A DNA stretch of 15,413 nt from the NCBI GenBank assembly GCA_034723395.1, contig JAYEOW010000023.1, positions 1-15,413 of the forward strand, in the 5' to 3' direction. Position numbers and translations under genes: made by a program. Shown in pieces: positions 8,337 to 15,413 of this stretch. Below the pieces are notes generated by a model that ran no database searches, had not been told where the DNA came from, and saw only the letters and a program-made list of their open reading frames with translations. The first letter of the stretch is position 1; every line of letters starts with the position of its first letter. Source of the DNA: Candidatus Margulisiibacteriota bacterium. GTDB lineage: Bacteria > Margulisbacteria > WOR-1 > O2-12-FULL-45-9.

Positions 8337-8667
8337 GTTCGCGAGAGCAGGGGCCGAGCATGCCTGGAAGACCCAGCGTAATCTCTGGATCCACTTTTGC
8401 GTCGGTTTGCTGGTGCTCGCTTTCGGTGTATACATAAATGTAAGCCTTTACGAGCTGTCGATCCTGATCCTGGCGATCTTTGGGGTGATCGTCGCGGAAA
8501 TGTTCAACACGAGTGTTGAAGAAATGGTGAACATCCTTTCTCCGGAACGGAGAAAAGAGGCGGAGCTGGCGAAAAATGTTGCCGCGGGGGCGGTTTTGCT
8601 GTCGGCGTCCGGCGCGGTATTGATCGGACTAATGATTTTTGGAGCGAGGTTATTTCCATGTTATTAA
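8308..8667 (+). CDS. dgkA: Diacylglycerol/undecaprenol kinase (DgkA family)
   Basis: AFRFARAG, QRNLWIH, EMFNTSVE and AKNVAAGAVL motifs; three hydrophobic segments; ybeY-dgkA synteny. Confidence 0.92.
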   Translation: MPKKFIKAFRFARAGAEHAWKTQRNLWIHFCVGLLVLAFGVYINVSLYELSILILAIFGVIVAEMFNTSVEEMVNILSPERRKEAELAKNVAAGAVLLSASGAVLIGLMIFGARLFPCY

Positions 8668-9920
8668 TTGTGTTATTTATTCTATCGGCCCTTTTCTCGG
8701 CTTCGGAGACCGCCTTTACCAGCCTCTCAAGGATAAAAGTGGGGAGGATGGTTGAGCAGAAACTCCGCGGAGCAAAACTGGTCAGTCTATTAAAAGAGAA
8801 TTCGTCCGACTTTTTGGCTACTATACTGATTGGAAATAACCTGGTAAATATAGCGGCCTCGGTGCTGGCGACCTCGATCATTATCAGGATGTTTGAGGAA
8901 AATGGATGGAATATGGGGCTGGCAGTTGGGGCGGCAACCGGGATCATGACATTATTAATCCTGACTTTCGGAGAGATTATCCCAAAAACCATTGCTATCC
9001 GAAGGGCGGAAAAATTTGCGCTCCTGGTTGCGCCGCTGATCTTTGGGCTGAGCATTATTTTAAAGCCATTTGCCTTTATATTCAGTATTATCAGCCGGCC
9101 GTTCATCTTGCTTTTTGGCGGCAAAGCTCCGGAGAAAGGGCCGTTTATCTCTGAAGAAGAGATCAAGCTGATCCTGGCGGCGGGAGAAAAAGAAGGGGTG
9201 ATCGAAGAAGAGGAGCGGGAAATGATCACATCGATCTTTGAGTTTGGTGATACGATCGTTAGGGAGGTCATGACCCCTCGTCCCGATATTTCAGCCTGCC
9301 AGGCCGACCAATCGATCGGCGGGTTGATTAATGTTATCGTTGACAGCGGGCATTCGAGGATCCCGATCTACGAAGGGAACCTGGACAATATAGTGGGGAT
9401 AGTTTACGCCAAAGATATTTTAAAGCAGGGTAAAGATGTGAAGATAAGGGAAATGCTAAGAACGGCGATCTTTATTCCAGAAACGAAAAAAGTGCCTGAA
9501 CTGATGCACGAAATGCAGGCGGCGCGCACCCATCTGGCGGTGATCGTTGATGAATATGGGATGACCTCCGGATTAGTGACCCTGGAGGACCTGGTCGAAG
9601 AGATTGTCGGCGAGATCCATGATGAATTCGAGCGCGACGAAAAGATGCTCGAAAAGATCGATAATAATAATTACTTGGTCGTCGGCCGGATGGCGATAAA
9701 AGACCTTAACGATGAATTAAAGTTGAACCTGCCCGAAAAAGATGTCGATACGATCGGCGGATTTGTCTTTGGATTGTTGGGGCGTTCTCCATCGGTGGGG
9801 GCTTCTGCCAAATACGAAAATATTATCTTTAGCGTAGAAAGGATCCATCGCCGGAGAATAACCCGCGTAAAGATCGTTAAATCGATCGGTGATTTCGGAG
9901 AGGAGTCTGTGGGAGGGTAG
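8658..9920 (+). CDS. HlyC/CorC (CNNM) family transporter: DUF21 + CBS pair + CorC domain
   Basis: SALFSASETAF, TILIGNNLVNI, FGEIIPK, VREVMTPR, GHSRIPIY, VDEYG and TLEDLVEEIVGEIHDE motifs. Confidence 0.94.
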   Translation: MLLIVLFILSALFSASETAFTSLSRIKVGRMVEQKLRGAKLVSLLKENSSDFLATILIGNNLVNIAASVLATSIIIRMFEENGWNMGLAVGAATGIMTLLILTFGEIIPKTIAIRRAEKFALLVAPLIFGLSIILKPFAFIFSIISRPFILLFGGKAPEKGPFISEEEIKLILAAGEKEGVIEEEEREMITSIFEFGDTIVREVMTPRPDISACQADQSIGGLINVIVDSGHSRIPIYEGNLDNIVGIVYAKDILKQGKDVKIREMLRTAIFIPETKKVPELMHEMQAARTHLAVIVDEYGMTSGLVTLEDLVEEIVGEIHDEFERDEKMLEKIDNNNYLVVGRMAIKDLNDELKLNLPEKDVDTIGGFVFGLLGRSPSVGASAKYENIIFSVERIHRRRITRVKIVKSIGDFGEESVGG

Positions 9921-9930
9921 ATGAAGTTCT

Positions 9931-13973
<4,043 letters not shown>

Positions 13974-13986
<13 letters not shown>

Positions 13987-14783
13987 ATTATATCGTTTCC
14001 TTTAAATACCGGGCCGTCGCTGCATACTTTCTGGTACCCGGATTTGGTTTTAATTACGCATCCCAAGCAAGTGCCAATCCCGCAGGCCATTTTTTGCTCC
14101 ATCGAGACCTGGCAGTCGATCTTATTTTGGAATGCTATATCAGTGATCGCTTTTAACATCGGTTTTGGTCCGCAAGCGTATATGGAGACAATGCCGAATT
14201 CCGAATGACCGAATGACGAATTAAGGAGTTTTAATAATTGATCTGAAACAAGACCTTTCTCTCCATAGCTGCCGTTGTCGGTTGAGACTAGAACTTGATC
14301 GGCAACCAGTTTAAATTCTTTTTCGCAAAGAACTCTATCCCTGTTTTTTGCCCCAATTAAAATAAATAATTTATTTGTCATTTTTAATTTGTCATTTGAC
14401 ATTTGCTCCGCGAGTGTAAGGAGCGGAGCTACTCCCATTCCTCCGCCGACTAAAATTGCGATCTCTTTCTTTTGATCGATCTTAAATCCTTTTCCGAGCG
14501 GACCGAGAATGTCGAGCTCTGATCCGACACTATATTTGGAGAGGAGTTCTGTTCCTTTGCCGACTACTTCATAAAGGAGTTCGAATCGTTTATGTTTCTT
14601 CGACGCGCTATGAATGGAGAGTGGTCTTCGAAGCAATGGATCGTAACCATCACTAACTCTGACGTTAACAAATTGGCCCGGTTCGGCGTGGGATGAGATA
14701 TAGGAGGAAGAAATAATTAACTTGAAATGGTTAGGGGCGACATTTTGATGATCGAGGATCCTGCACTTCTCTTGGATCGACAT
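13974..14783 (-). CDS. pyrK: Dihydroorotate dehydrogenase electron transfer subunit
   Basis: PGQFV, LRRPLSI, GPLGKGF, GGGMGVAP, YACGP and the [2Fe-2S] motif MACGIGTCLGC..VCSDGPVF. Confidence 0.96.
14190..14222. repeat. Degenerate ~7-bp tandem repeat inside pyrK (AATGACG-like)
   Basis: AATGCCG AATTCCG AATGACCG AATGACG AATT on the plus strand; encodes NSSFGHSEFGI. Confidence 0.75.
14373..14407. repeat. 7-bp tandem repeat inside pyrK (ATTTGTC-like), opposite orientation to 14190-14222
   Basis: ATTTGTC ATTTTTA ATTTGTC ATTTGAC ATTTGCT, exact period 7 over 5 units; encodes QMSNDKLKMTN. Confidence 0.78.
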
Positions 14784-14793
14784 ATTATATTAT

Positions 14794-14802
14794 ATTCTAG
14801 CA
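14794..14802 (-). promoter_or_regulatory. Extended -10 promoter (TGCTAGAAT) for pyrK-pyrD
   Basis: TGnTAGAAT ending 10 nt before the ATG at 14783; an overlapping TATAAT at 14789-14794 is an alternative -10. Confidence 0.55.
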
Positions 14803-14817
14803 GAAAATCGAAATTAT

Positions 14818-14826
14818 TGCTATAAT
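14818..14826 (+). promoter_or_regulatory. Extended -10 promoter (TGCTATAAT) for tRNA-Gly
   Basis: Perfect TGnTATAAT ending 10 nt before the tRNA 5' end. Confidence 0.7.
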
Positions 14827-14836
14827 TGAGGTCTAA

Positions 14837-14908
14837 GCGGGCGTAGTTCAGCGGTAGAATGTCTGCTTCCCAAGCAGAGGGTCGTGGGTTCGAATCCCAT
14901 CGCCCGCT
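14837..14908 (+). tRNA. tRNA-Gly (anticodon CCC), CCA not encoded
   Basis: Cloverleaf: acceptor GCGGGCG/CGCCCGC, D arm GTTC/GAAT, anticodon arm TCTGC-TTCCCAA-GCAGA, T arm GTGGG-TTCGAAT-CCCAT, discriminator U; followed by TATT. Confidence 0.97.
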
Positions 14909-14913
14909 TATTT

Positions 14914-14981
14914 AACTAACAACACGAGCCGATTTCATCGGCTCTACAACTGCCAACACGGCCCTTCGGGCCTACAACTAA
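14914..14981. repeat. Two tandem hairpin cassettes CAACAC-[stem-TTC-stem]-TACAACT (REP-like)
   Basis: Unit 1 stem GAGCCGAT/ATCGGCTC (14926-14944); unit 2 stem GGCCC/GGGCC (14960-14972); identical flanks and loop. Confidence 0.8.
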
Positions 14982-14990
14982 TGATATAAT
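14982..14990 (+). promoter_or_regulatory. Extended -10 promoter (TGATATAAT) for the four-helix-bundle gene
   Basis: TGnTATAAT inside the inverted repeat ATGATA-N4-TATCAT; GGAG Shine-Dalgarno at 15012-15015. Confidence 0.55.
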
Positions 14991-15022
14991 TATCATATGT
15001 AGATATTGATTGGAGATTAGTA

Positions 15023-15346
15023 ATGACTTTCAGATTCCTAAAATTCCCAGTTTATGCGGATATAAAAAAATATATTAAGAATATATATTCTATTTCCTCT
15101 CAGTTTCCTAAAGAAGAACAATTTGGAATGATTAACCAATTGAGAAGGGCAGCAACCTCAATTGCATTGAACCTTGCGGAAGGCTCCGATCGAGGTTCGG
15201 ATAAGGATTTTAAACGTTTTATTAATATGTCAATCGGTTCGCTTAATGAGACGGTTGCTGTGCTGGATCTTTCATTGGGAAATGGGCGTGTCAAATCATA
15301 TAAAAACCTAACCGAAATGGTTATCGTTAAATCAACTAAGACCTAA
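15023..15346 (+). CDS. Four helix bundle protein (23S rRNA intervening-sequence protein/Avd-like family), probably 3'-disrupted
   Basis: FPKEEQFGMINQLRRAATSIALNLAEGSDRGSDKDFKRFINMSIGSLNET is the family signature; resemblance is lost after about codon 88, where a transposon-like end begins. Confidence 0.88.
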   Translation: MTFRFLKFPVYADIKKYIKNIYSISSQFPKEEQFGMINQLRRAATSIALNLAEGSDRGSDKDFKRFINMSIGSLNETVAVLDLSLGNGRVKSYKNLTEMVIVKSTKT

Positions 15347-15413
15347 CCGAAATCACCTCCTTGGTTTTTGATCTTCGGGTACCGCTTCTACGTTTTGACT
15401 GATAAGTTTGGTA
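15289..15413. mobile_element. Putative insertion-sequence end (IS21-like), element continues beyond the window
   Basis: Starts TGTCAA and contains a 13-bp direct repeat ACCTAACCGAAAT (15306-15318, 15341-15353) within a longer imperfect repeat; coincides with the break in the four-helix-bundle protein. No transposase visible. Confidence 0.6.

Noticed and set aside
8658..9920. Toxin or haemolysin interpretation of the HlyC/CorC gene
   Set aside because: The domain layout is that of CNNM/CorC Mg2+ homeostasis proteins in the usual ybeY neighbourhood; nothing supports a toxin.
14914..14981. Hairpin cassettes as a CRISPR array or as intrinsic terminators
   Set aside because: Only two units, the variable part is the palindrome itself rather than a spacer, no cas genes are present, and neither strand has a U-tract after the stems.
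15023..15346. Diversity-generating retroelement (Avd-like gene plus hairpins)
   Set aside because: No reverse transcriptase and no TR/VR pair with adenine-specific mismatches is visible in the window; stand-alone four-helix-bundle genes are common.
15336..15413. Minus-strand reading-frame ends and a strong AAGGAGGTGA SD-like string
   Set aside because: Too short to assign; no suitable start codon follows the SD-like string, and the orientation of the putative IS cannot be determined.

Overview
Compact bacterial housekeeping region, probably from a Terrabacteria-type or uncultured lineage (taxonomy is inference only). On the minus strand (1-4440) is an A/V-type ATPase operon in the order H(G)-I-K-E-C-F-A, with A running off the window. 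Its K subunit has a Na+-type binding signature, and its E and C subunits are strongly shortened internally. A divergent promoter region containing a palindromic repeat leads into a tightly coupled plus-strand operon: wecA/tagO, wecB, murA, ybeY, dgkA, a CorC/HlyC family gene, a DUF1846 gene and pyrG. This converges on pyrK-pyrD (type 1B dihydroorotate dehydrogenase). The right end is accessory-like: tRNA-Gly(CCC), two tandem hairpin cassettes with conserved flanks, and a four-helix-bundle (23S rRNA IVP/Avd-like) gene apparently cut by an IS21-like transposon end. The most unusual signals are two oppositely oriented 7-bp repeat tracts embedded in frame in pyrK near the four-helix-bundle gene, the GTAG/GAA-loop hairpin cassettes, the minimised ATPase stalk and socket subunits, and near-leaderless extended -10 promoters.
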